Source: Anaerolineae bacterium (GTDB lineage: Bacteria > Chloroflexota > Anaerolineae > Epilineales > JAHCIE01). From it: 64,000 nucleotides of DNA. The position numbers and the translations under genes are program-made. Positions 49,279 through 58,064 of the stretch are shown one piece after another (position 1 is the stretch's first letter; every line of letters starts with the position of its first letter). Location of the stretch: NCBI GenBank assembly GCA_046328505.1, contig JAXLWL010000005.1:475666-539665 (forward strand), given 5' to 3'. The notes beneath the pieces are model-generated. The model saw nothing but the letters and a program-made list of their open reading frames with translations. It did no database searches and was not told the DNA's origin.

Positions 49279-52101
49279 TCAGGCGAGGCGACTAGCCCGA
49301 ATCTGCCCGTATAGACTAATGGTCGCAGGTTCTGGTTCTACATCCAACTCGGCGCGGAGTATTTCAACACATGTCTGATACTGCTGTACTGCCAGGCGTT
49401 GTTGCCCCAACCGACTGTAGCAGAGCATGAGCCGCCGATGGGCATCTTCTCGACATCCGTCACGCGACAACATGAGCTTGCACAGCCGGACACTTTCGCC
49501 ATAGTCTCCGCGCCCGAAGTACATTTGGCTCAGGGTATCGAGCGTATCCAAGTAGGTGGAGCGTAGACGAACGCGGTCAACGATGGGCCACTCCTCGTAC
49601 ATGTCGTCCGCCAGGTAATCGCCGTTGTAGACACTAATCGCTGCTTCATACTCAGCTCTCGCCAATTCGATGACCCCCACGCGTTCCAGGGATTGCCCAG
49701 CTTCCACATGCCGCTCGAACTCCTCCACATCCAGCCATATCTTGAGGTCGGAGCTTATTCGATAGCCTCCGCTTTCAAAGATGACAATGGCAACATCTGT
49801 CGCGGTACTCAAGTCCTTTCGCAGCCCATGCAGAGCCACATTGAGATTGTTGCGGCCAGCATGTGCGTCGGCGTGGGGCCAGAACAGGTCAACGAGCAGC
49901 TCTCGCGGGGTCGTTGTCTGCCTATGGGCGAGCAGATACTTGAAGACGGCCTGCCCGCGTTGGCTTCGCCACTTGGTAATAGGCATATCGTCGACTGAGG
50001 CTACGAAAGATCCAAGAAGGTGGACACTAAGCGTCACGTCTGTCTGGGGGTCTGTCTCCGAGGGGATCTTCGGCGGCCACAGTTCCAGGACTGACGCATC
50101 CCCTTCCTGTTTCGCCCGAGCGTTCTCTTCCAGAGTGGTCTTCTCCATCACTGCACCTGTGGGAAGAAGAAGTGGTTCGCTCATCGGCAAGGCGGGCAAC
50201 TCTTGGAGTCCGCTAAGTGCTGGCTGACTATTCCTCTCAAGATCAACACTTGCTTCATTAGGGCGTCGCCGCAGTCCTAAAGCCCCTAGGACCGTGCTCC
50301 AAAAGCCTTCGGGCCTCTCCGTCGTTGGCAATGGCACTAGCTGAGGCGCCGACAGCTTCACTGACATTGGCGTGCGCAACCAGCCGCGCGTCTCCAATAG
50401 GAACTCATGGTTCAAGGGCGGCAGGCGCAGGAGGTTGTGAAGTTTTTCTGCAAGCTCTTGCTCTGCATGTTCTAGTGCGAAATAAGCTTGCCGATACATC
50501 TCTCTACGGAGGCGGAGTTCCCGCTGACTAAGCATGAGCTGCTTTGTCACCTTAAGCAACTCTGCCATGAAAGGGTCAGCACTCTCATCACAGGTCGAGG
50601 CCGCTTGTGCTAGATACCCTAGTCCCTCATCGACACTCCCAACTTCGGCCGCAAGACAGGCCAATTGCCAGTTGGCCCAACCCGTGTACCAGGTCAGCGT
50701 ACTGGCTTTGGCGGTTGACCGGGCTAGAAGAGCTCGCTCCTCGGCGTAAGCGAGATCGTTGTCCCATGCAGCAAGCGCACTTTCAGCCAGAAGGCTCTGG
50801 CAGGCGCCTTCGGGGTCTTGTCTCGCCATGAATTCGTCGGCTGCTTCAGAAAATGCGCGACACGCCTCATATGCGCTTCCCAGGACGGCTGCAATCTCTC
50901 CACGTGTATACAACAGCCAGGGAGTGCATTTCAGAGTCGCGACGGGTAGATCGGCTATCCAGGTACTCAGACTTGACCACGCCCCCAACGCCATTAGCTT
51001 ATCCGTGGCGGCGCCAACAACTTTGGCGGCGCTGTCGTAGTCATCTATGCTCAGATAGATTTGAAGGGCCCGGTCTACGGCATCGGCTTTAGCCAGATCA
51101 TCCGCTGCCTCGCGCAAGCCCGCACGGTCGGTTTCCACCGAGTGAGGAATGATCGCGCGAATCGGCGCTCGCCACACATCTCGGGTGTGGAACCAGCCGT
51201 CGTCGAGAGGCTGCAGGCACGGGTAGTCGGTGATTGTCGGGCTATGGAGGCTTCCCTCCAAGGCATTCGCGTGAACATACTCGATACGAGTCGCAAGCGC
51301 GAAGGACTTCTGCGCTGGCGGATCAAGGAGGGAATACCAGGCCGACGCGACGCGGCGCAAGAGGTCGTCATGGCGCCCGGCGCGTTTCACGATTTGCTGG
51401 ATAAGGTCAGGCCCGAGCGAGCGCGTGGCGTTGCTGAGCGTGAAGAGAACCTCCGCGCGGCCGTCTGTCAGCTCTGCAATCCGCTGCCACAGATTGCTGG
51501 CGAGGCCAACGACGAGGTTGTGCCCCCAACGTTCGGCAGCGCTCGGATCGACATAGACGTCGCGGACGCCGCGAATGATTGTGTACTCTGGCAGGGCATT
51601 TCGTGCCGGTGCTTTCTGCGCGGTCAGGACGAGCGAAATGCTTGGCGGGAGTTCGGGCACGAGATGCGATGTCAGAAGAGGTAGAATTTGCGAACGCTCC
51701 CCCAGCGCGTCGAGACATTCCAGGACGATGGCGCACGGTGTCGGCAACGCATCGGCCAGCTCTTGCCCGAGCGCGGTGTAGAGGGCCGGCCATCCGGACG
51801 TTGGCCCGGGGCTGCGCCGCATCTCAGCGAGAGTCTTTGCGCCACACGCTGGATTGACGCGCCTTACGGAGTCGATAAGGGAGAGCAGGAACATCGCGGG
51901 ATCGCGATCCGCTTCCTCCAGGCGAAGCCACACGGCTGGCCATCCTCGCTCGTTGAGGATGGAGGCAAGGCCTTCCATGAGCAGGTAGCCTGGTGGCGCT
52001 ACGAAGAGGGTGAGCCGCGAATTCAGTGTACGGTCCCAGACCAGTTGAGGAACAGTTGCGTCTGTGACATGGGGAGCCGTGGACTTTGCGGAAAAGGGCA
52101 T
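49279..52101 (-). CDS. Large regulator with reversed SARP architecture: degenerate MalT/STAND-like N-terminus, TPR-like helical region, C-terminal OmpR-type wHTH plus BTAD
   Basis: C-terminus is LLGSFVASVDDMPITKWRSQRGQAVFKYLLAHRQTTTPRELLVDLFWPH...BTAD helices...LAVQQYQTCVEILRAELDVEPEPATISLYGQI. N-terminus is VPQLVWDRTLNSRLTLFVAPPGYLLMEGLASIL, where the STAND P-loop position has lost GKT. Start chosen at MPFSAK (about 52101). The ORF call begins at a TTG upstream. Confidence 0.7.
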   Translation of the reverse strand: MPFSAKSTAPHVTDATVPQLVWDRTLNSRLTLFVAPPGYLLMEGLASILNERGWPAVWLRLEEADRDPAMFLLSLIDSVRRVNPACGAKTLAEMRRSPGPTSGWPALYTALGQELADALPTPCAIVLECLDALGERSQILPLLTSHLVPELPPSISLVLTAQKAPARNALPEYTIIRGVRDVYVDPSAAERWGHNLVVGLASNLWQRIAELTDGRAEVLFTLSNATRSLGPDLIQQIVKRAGRHDDLLRRVASAWYSLLDPPAQKSFALATRIEYVHANALEGSLHSPTITDYPCLQPLDDGWFHTRDVWRAPIRAIIPHSVETDRAGLREAADDLAKADAVDRALQIYLSIDDYDSAAKVVGAATDKLMALGAWSSLSTWIADLPVATLKCTPWLLYTRGEIAAVLGSAYEACRAFSEAADEFMARQDPEGACQSLLAESALAAWDNDLAYAEERALLARSTAKASTLTWYTGWANWQLACLAAEVGSVDEGLGYLAQAASTCDESADPFMAELLKVTKQLMLSQRELRLRREMYRQAYFALEHAEQELAEKLHNLLRLPPLNHEFLLETRGWLRTPMSVKLSAPQLVPLPTTERPEGFWSTVLGALGLRRRPNEASVDLERNSQPALSGLQELPALPMSEPLLLPTGAVMEKTTLEENARAKQEGDASVLELWPPKIPSETDPQTDVTLSVHLLGSFVASVDDMPITKWRSQRGQAVFKYLLAHRQTTTPRELLVDLFWPHADAHAGRNNLNVALHGLRKDLSTATDVAIVIFESGGYRISSDLKIWLDVEEFERHVEAGQSLERVGVIELARAEYEAAISVYNGDYLADDMYEEWPIVDRVRLRSTYLDTLDTLSQMYFGRGDYGESVRLCKLMLSRDGCREDAHRRLMLCYSRLGQQRLAVQQYQTCVEILRAELDVEPEPATISLYGQIRASRLA

Positions 52102-52464
52102 AGCTCGCCTCCAACGCTGGAATTCCCCCCGGAATATCACAGACAGATGCGGATGGGAGCTAAAGGCGGAAAGAAGACTGTGATGTATGCGATCGTGCTC
52201 CTGAAGCTGCGCAGCGAAGTGCTGACACTTTGGCCCGTCTCTCGTCTTGCCGGTAATTGTAACACAAAAGGCAAGAAAATACTTCACAAATATTGCCATA
52301 AAGTAGTGAATTTTCAGGTGCTCGTAAGATTTAACAACTGACATGACGGCCTTGTGACGCAATGAGTCCGAGCCCGGTGAGAGAGTGTAAGTTGCATCCA
52401 GAACCCGTAATCCGGCCCCTCCTACTTTGCCGCGTGTCCGGCTTGCGGTATACTTCCCTTTGAA

Positions 52465-54048
52465 ATGCCCGCTCCTTCGGCCCAAGCCGCCATGACGCCA
52501 TCATTCGTCGGGCTGCGGCCCACGCAGCTCGCGGTGTTGCGCGCCCTGGTACTTGTAGCCGGGATGGCGAGTCTGGGTATCGAGATGGCTGCGTCGCGCC
52601 TGCTCGCACCCTACTTCGGGACCTCGCTCCTGATCTGGGCCAACATCATCGGGCTGATGCTGGTTTACCTGGCGCTCGGTTATTGGCTCGGCGGTCGGCT
52701 CGCCGACAGGCGGCCCGATCCGACCTGGCTTTACGGCATAGCGGCGCTGGCGGGGGTGCTGATCGGCCTGATCCCGTTCGCCGCCGGGCCGGTGCTGCGT
52801 ACCTCGCAGCAGAGCTTTTTCGACGTCTCGGTGGGTCTGTTCGTCGGCTCTCTGCTGGGGACGCTGGCGCTGTTCTCGCTGCCGGTGATTCTGCTGGGCA
52901 TGATTGCGCCCTTTGCCGTGCGCCTCGCCTTGCGCGACGTGACCTCGGCGGGCAGGGATGTGGGGTCGCTGTATGCCCTGTCCACGGTGGGCAGCATCCT
53001 GGGCGTATTCGCGGCGGCGTTGGTGCTCGTGCCACTCGTCGGCACCCGCGCGACATTCCTGACGTTCGCGGCGGCGCTCCTACTGGCTGCGCTGGCCGGC
53101 CTGATGGCGCATCGGAGGCGGCGGGCTGCGGCGGCCGTCGCCGTCGGAGTGGCCGGGGTGGCCGTGCTGGCGATGCTGCCGCCGAGCGCGGTGAAGCCCG
53201 GCGCGAACGTCCTGTACGAGGCTGAGACTCTTTACAACTACGTTCAGGTGCTTCAGACGGGCGATGACCGTTGGCTGGCGCTGAACGAGGGGCAGGCGCT
53301 CCACTCGTGGTATCGCCCCGGCGCGCTCCTATCCGGCGGCATCTGGGACGACTTTCTGCTGGCCCCACTGTTTGCGCCGGGACCGCCATCTGAGCCGAGA
53401 AGTGTCGCCATTATCGGTCTGGCGGCCGGAACGGTAGCGCGGCAGTACGCCGCCGTCTACCCGAGAGCGCAAGTTGTCGGCGTCGAGATCGACCCGGCGC
53501 TCATCGATATCGGGCGCAAGTACTTCGCGCTGGACGAATCGAAGGCGCGGGCCGTCGCGGGGGATGGGCGGGCCTGGCTGCAAGGGGACGGCGGACATTA
53601 CGACGTCATTGCTGTGGACGCCTACCGCCAGCCGTACATCCCGTTCCACCTGGCGACACGGGAGTTCTTCGCCCTGGCGCGCGAGCGGCTGAGCGAGAAT
53701 GGTGTGCTGGTAGTGAACGTCGGCCACGGCCCGAACGACGACCGACTGGTGACGGCGATCGCGGCGACGCTGCGGGCGGAATTTCCTGATGTATACGTTG
53801 TCACCCCGGCAGGCTCCTTCAACAGCCTGCTCGTCGCGACGCGGCAGCCATCTTCCTTGTCGGATTACGCTGCCCATGCCGAGGCAGCGAATAGCGCCGC
53901 GGTGCGCGATGTCGCGGCGAGCGTCGAGGGGCGGGTGACGGCGTGGACCGGGAGCGGCGAGTTGCTGACGGATGACCGCGCGCCGGTTGAGTGGCTGACG
54001 GATGCGATGATCCTGCGCTATGTTTTTGAAGGCCGACGACAAGACTGA
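52465..54048 (+). CDS. Spermidine-synthase-fold (polyamine aminopropyltransferase-like) protein fused to an N-terminal polytopic membrane domain
   Basis: About 7 TM helices at the N-terminus, then VAIIGLAAGTVARQYAAV...VVGVEIDPALIDIGRKYF...VIAVDAYRQPYIPFHLATREFF. The canonical GGGDGG motif is replaced by GLAAGT. Confidence 0.7.
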   Translation: MPAPSAQAAMTPSFVGLRPTQLAVLRALVLVAGMASLGIEMAASRLLAPYFGTSLLIWANIIGLMLVYLALGYWLGGRLADRRPDPTWLYGIAALAGVLIGLIPFAAGPVLRTSQQSFFDVSVGLFVGSLLGTLALFSLPVILLGMIAPFAVRLALRDVTSAGRDVGSLYALSTVGSILGVFAAALVLVPLVGTRATFLTFAAALLLAALAGLMAHRRRRAAAAVAVGVAGVAVLAMLPPSAVKPGANVLYEAETLYNYVQVLQTGDDRWLALNEGQALHSWYRPGALLSGGIWDDFLLAPLFAPGPPSEPRSVAIIGLAAGTVARQYAAVYPRAQVVGVEIDPALIDIGRKYFALDESKARAVAGDGRAWLQGDGGHYDVIAVDAYRQPYIPFHLATREFFALARERLSENGVLVVNVGHGPNDDRLVTAIAATLRAEFPDVYVVTPAGSFNSLLVATRQPSSLSDYAAHAEAANSAAVRDVAASVEGRVTAWTGSGELLTDDRAPVEWLTDAMILRYVFEGRRQD

Positions 54049-54057
54049 GGCGATCTC

Positions 54058-54723
54058 ATGAAGGTTATTGCGCGCGTGCTGGTGATCGGGCTGATGCCCT
54101 TCTTCCTGTTGATTACGAACACCAACATCGTTTTCAACCACTGGTTTGTCGATTGGCAGTACTCTCAGGGTGACTTCCCGCCCGCGCCGACCATAAACCC
54201 TGCGGAACGCCAGTCGGTAGGCCTCGCCGCCCTCGACTTTGTCCGCGGGACTATCCCTCTGTCTGCCTTCGTTGCCCTCACGGTCAACGGCCGCCCCGCC
54301 TTCAATGAGCGCGAGGTCAGCCATATGGTCGACGTGCGCGACGTACTACACAATGCCTTCATTGCCCAGGTCATCATGGGGGTTCTCATCCTCGTGTCGC
54401 TGTTCGTCATCCGCCGCAGCGCGGGGCGAACGCTCATCTGGGCCGGGGTGTTCACCATCGTTGTGGTGGTCCTCATCGGCATCTTCGCTGCCACGAGTTT
54501 CGACCTCTTTTTCACCCTCTTTCACCGCTTGTTCTTCGAGGGCAATAGCTGGCTATTCCTCGACACGGACACGCTCATTCAGCTCTACCCGGAAGAGCTG
54601 TGGTATAACGGCTCACTGCTTATTGTCGGGCTAACGGTCCTGGAGGCGCTCGTGCTGGGGACGCTGGGCTGGCTGTCGATTCGCCGCCCCGCCGCCGGCC
54701 GCGCTCGGGCCAGTGCCCGCTAG
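54058..54723 (+). CDS. Integral membrane protein (DUF1461/TIGR01906-like, tentative)
   Basis: 4 TM helices. Only 9 nt after the upstream gene. The family assignment is from memory of the motif pattern and is tentative. Confidence 0.5.
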   Translation: MKVIARVLVIGLMPFFLLITNTNIVFNHWFVDWQYSQGDFPPAPTINPAERQSVGLAALDFVRGTIPLSAFVALTVNGRPAFNEREVSHMVDVRDVLHNAFIAQVIMGVLILVSLFVIRRSAGRTLIWAGVFTIVVVVLIGIFAATSFDLFFTLFHRLFFEGNSWLFLDTDTLIQLYPEELWYNGSLLIVGLTVLEALVLGTLGWLSIRRPAAGRARASAR

Positions 54724-54738
54724 GTAAAGGAGATTAAC

Positions 54739-55953
54739 ATGTCATACGATAGACTGGCCTTGATGCGCGAATTGTCCGAAAAAAACGATACCAAAATCGT
54801 CTTACTGGTGATGGACGGCCTCGGCGGCCTGCCCTTCGTCCCCGGCGGGCCGACTGAGCTGGAGGCGGCCCAAACGCCCAACATCGACCGCATCGCTCCC
54901 GAATCCGTGATGGGCCTGAGCCTGCCGGTCGCCCCCGGCGTTACCCCGGGCAGCGGTCCGGGCCACCTCGGCCTGTTCGGCTACGATCCCCTGAAATACC
55001 TCGTCGGCCGCGGCGCGCTGGAAGCCGTCGGCATCGGCATGGACATTCAGGAGGGCGACGTCGCCTTCCGCGGCAACTTCGCCACCATCGACGCGGCCGG
55101 CAATATCACCGACCGCCGCGCCGGCCGCATCGCGACCGAAGAAGCGGAGAAGCGCGTCAAGATTCTGCAGGGTATCCAGGTGCCCGGCATCGAGACGGCG
55201 GTGGAGGAGGTGCGCGAGTATCGCTTCGTGCTGCGGCTACGCGGCCCGAACCTCTCGCCGGAGCTGGCCGAAACGGACCCGCAGGCGACAGGCGTCCCGC
55301 CGCTGGCCGTCAAGGCGCTGGACCCGAAGGCGCAGTACACGGCCGATCTGACCAACCAGTGGATTGCCAAGGCCAAGGAGGCGCTGAAGGACCAGGCGCC
55401 GGCCAACATGGTCATGCTGCGCGGCGCCGCGGGCGATCCGGCCCTGCCCAAGTATGCCGACGTATTCGGGCTGCGCGCGGCAGCCATCGCCGTCTACCCG
55501 ATGTATCGCGGCGTCGCCAGCCTGGTTGGGATGGACGTTCTCAAGCCTCTGGCGACGAAGACGAGCGAGGAAATCGCGCTGATGCGCGAGAACTGGGCGA
55601 AGTACGACTTCTTCTTCATGCACGTCAAGTACACCGACAGCCGCGGTGAGGACGGCAACTTCGACGCCAAGGTCAAGATCATCGAGGAAGCCGATTCCGT
55701 CGTGCCCGACATCCTGGCGCTGAAGCCCGACGTCCTGGTCATCACCGGCGACCACTCGACGCCGGCGGCGCTGCGCAGCCACTCCTGGCACCCGGTGCCG
55801 CTGCTCATCTGGGCCAAGACGGCGCGCCCGGACGGCTACCCGCGTTGGTTCGAGCGCCAGTGCCGCGCCGGCGGCCTGGGACACGTTATGGCGGCGGACA
55901 TCATGCCCCTAGCGATGGCCCACGCTCTGCGCCTGAAGAAATACGGGGCATAG
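54739..55953 (+). CDS. apgM: 2,3-bisphosphoglycerate-independent phosphoglycerate mutase, archaeal type (alkaline-phosphatase superfamily)
   Basis: AGGAGA RBS. KIVLLVMDGLGGLP...TPNIDRIA...VITGDHSTPAALRSHSWHPVPLLIW are the metal-binding motifs of the ApgM family. Confidence 0.8.
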   Translation: MSYDRLALMRELSEKNDTKIVLLVMDGLGGLPFVPGGPTELEAAQTPNIDRIAPESVMGLSLPVAPGVTPGSGPGHLGLFGYDPLKYLVGRGALEAVGIGMDIQEGDVAFRGNFATIDAAGNITDRRAGRIATEEAEKRVKILQGIQVPGIETAVEEVREYRFVLRLRGPNLSPELAETDPQATGVPPLAVKALDPKAQYTADLTNQWIAKAKEALKDQAPANMVMLRGAAGDPALPKYADVFGLRAAAIAVYPMYRGVASLVGMDVLKPLATKTSEEIALMRENWAKYDFFFMHVKYTDSRGEDGNFDAKVKIIEEADSVVPDILALKPDVLVITGDHSTPAALRSHSWHPVPLLIWAKTARPDGYPRWFERQCRAGGLGHVMAADIMPLAMAHALRLKKYGA

Positions 55954-55956
55954 CGC

Positions 55957-57951
55957 GTGCAGAAGCCGCCCGCGGAGACACTACGGCCGGCGCGCGTGAG
56001 CGACCCCGGCGAGACCGAAGCGGCTGCGTCGGACACAACACGCCTGGCACCGGCCCTGGTCGGCGCGCTGGGGGTGCTGGTCGTTGTCATCGTCACAGGC
56101 CTGGTGTACTCGCGCTGGCTGTCTCCGGCGCAGTGGGACCCGGATGAGGGCATCCTGCTCGGCTGGGCGCAGCTCATGGGGCGCGGCTTCCGCATGTATA
56201 CCGATATCTGGAGCGACCAGCCGCCTGGTCTCGCCGTTTCCCTCCTGACGGGCTTTCGCCTGTTCGGGGAGAGCGTCGAGAGCGGGAGGCTGGTCGTCAT
56301 GTTCTATGGGCTGTTGGGGATGGTGGGCGCGGCGCTCCTGGCGGGGCTGCTGGGAGCCTCCCTCACCCCCCATGCCTCTCGCACACAAGGGGCGAGGGGG
56401 GAAAGATGGGTCGGGCCGATTGCGGCAGTCGCGGCGGCCATCCTGCTGGCCGTCGTGCCGAACTTCTTCTGGCTCGCCCGATCGGTGAGCCACGATATCC
56501 CGCCCATCGGCGTCGGGACGCTGGCCGTCGCCTTCGCCCTGCTCTACGCGCGTAGCGGACGACTCGGCTGGCTTGCTGTCGCAGGCGCGCTGCTCGGCTG
56601 GGCCGTGTGGCTCAAGCTCACGGGCGCGGTGTTCGCCATCCCGCTGCTCGCAATGGCCGCCGGCCGGCTGTGGAACGTCCCCAATCCCTGGCGCGAGGCG
56701 TTGCGCGGCGTTCTGGCCCTGGCATTGGGCGCGGTGCTGTCGGCTCTGCCGTTTCTCTTGTTCTTCGACGTCGGCGGCTTCCTGGACCAGGCCATTCTGA
56801 CGCCGCTTAAAGCGCGCGATGCCTGGGGCAGCAACAAAGCCTACAACGTCGGCTGGCTCGTCCAGTACCTCTTCTACGACAATGTTGGCCTGACGGCCCT
56901 GGCCGCGCTGGGTGGGCTGGCGCTGCTGGTACGCCGGTCGTACTCGGGCGCCGTCGCCGTCGGGTGGCTGCTGCTGACCGCCCTCATCCTCGCCAATCAA
57001 GAGCCTCTCTTCCCGACGCATCACCTGGCCCTGCTGCTCCCACCGTTGGCGGCGCTGGCCGGCGCGGGCGTTGGGGCGCTGTGGCTGGCGATTCGCTCGC
57101 CGCGCCGGGCCGGCTGGATACTCGTGCCGGGGGTCGTCGCCCTGGCGATCCTGGTCATGAATCTCCCGGCGCAGGCGGCAAGCCTGACCGATGCTGTGAC
57201 CAACGACAAGTACACCTCGTATTTCAAAGCGGCGGACTGGGTACGCGAAAATACGCCGCCGGACGCCTTTGTGCTCGCGGACCCGCCCATGATCGCGTTC
57301 CGGTCGGGCCGCGCCCAGGCTCCGTGGCTCGTGGACCAGAGCAGCAAGCGCATCGATACTGGCCAGCTCGGGTGGGGGGCGACCCTGGCCGAGCTCGAGC
57401 GGCGGCGACCGGCGGCGATCGCGCTGTGGGGCAATCACTTCGACAAGATACCCAACTTCACCGACTGGGTGGAGATGCACTACGTCGTCGGGCTGCGTTC
57501 GGGCGACCGCGCCATCTGGGTGCCGCTGGCGAGCGCGCCCATCACACCCCAGGCCGGGCGCTTCGGGGAGAATGCCGAGTTCCTGGGCTACAACCTGGAC
57601 ACAAACGACGAGCGCACGCGGCTGACGCTCTATTTTCGCGCGCTGGCGCCGACCGCGACGGCACACAAGGTCGTGGCGCGGCTGGTAGACGCTACGGGAA
57701 AGGTCGTGGACACGGACGAGGGGGAGCCGGACGATGGCTACGCGCCGACGCCGACGTGGCCGGTGGGGCGGCCCATCGCGGACCGGCAGAAGCTGAGCTT
57801 TCCGGTCAAGGGGCAGGGGGAGTACCGCATTCAGGTGGGCCTTGCCGACGCCAAGACGAACGAGTTCATGCCCGCCTTCGACGCCACCGGCCACCCGCTC
57901 GGCGATATGCTCACGCTAGACACGGTCGTGCGGCCGACGCCGGCACCGTGA
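55957..57951 (+). CDS. GT-C fold glycosyltransferase, ArnT/PMT (GT39/GT83)-like
   Basis: GTG start 4 nt after apgM. Polytopic N-terminus with a DPDEG (DE) motif in the first periplasmic loop. C-terminal soluble domain. Confidence 0.65.
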   Translation: MQKPPAETLRPARVSDPGETEAAASDTTRLAPALVGALGVLVVVIVTGLVYSRWLSPAQWDPDEGILLGWAQLMGRGFRMYTDIWSDQPPGLAVSLLTGFRLFGESVESGRLVVMFYGLLGMVGAALLAGLLGASLTPHASRTQGARGERWVGPIAAVAAAILLAVVPNFFWLARSVSHDIPPIGVGTLAVAFALLYARSGRLGWLAVAGALLGWAVWLKLTGAVFAIPLLAMAAGRLWNVPNPWREALRGVLALALGAVLSALPFLLFFDVGGFLDQAILTPLKARDAWGSNKAYNVGWLVQYLFYDNVGLTALAALGGLALLVRRSYSGAVAVGWLLLTALILANQEPLFPTHHLALLLPPLAALAGAGVGALWLAIRSPRRAGWILVPGVVALAILVMNLPAQAASLTDAVTNDKYTSYFKAADWVRENTPPDAFVLADPPMIAFRSGRAQAPWLVDQSSKRIDTGQLGWGATLAELERRRPAAIALWGNHFDKIPNFTDWVEMHYVVGLRSGDRAIWVPLASAPITPQAGRFGENAEFLGYNLDTNDERTRLTLYFRALAPTATAHKVVARLVDATGKVVDTDEGEPDDGYAPTPTWPVGRPIADRQKLSFPVKGQGEYRIQVGLADAKTNEFMPAFDATGHPLGDMLTLDTVVRPTPAP

Positions 57952-58007
57952 CGCTTCATCTCACAACTGTACACATTTATAACCCAATCCTTCCGCCCTC
58001 GCCGCGT

Positions 58008-58035
58008 GTTGACTCTCCTTGCCAGCGTGTTATAC
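58008..58035 (+). promoter_or_regulatory. Near-consensus sigma-70 promoter TTGACT, 16-bp spacer, TATACT upstream of the GH127 gene
   Basis: Read from the sequence. An AGGAGG RBS and ATG at 58065 follow. Confidence 0.5.
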
Positions 58036-58064
58036 TCTAGCGCACATCACGCTCAGGAGGATGC

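Noticed and set aside
52281-52320. Possible fourth, degenerate copy of the 23-nt promoter element (CTTCACAA ... TGAATTTTCAG) in the AT-rich region upstream of the spermidine-synthase-like gene
   Set aside because: Only the two half-sites match, with different spacing and strand arrangement. The conserved 4-nt plus TGn-TAnnnT context is absent.
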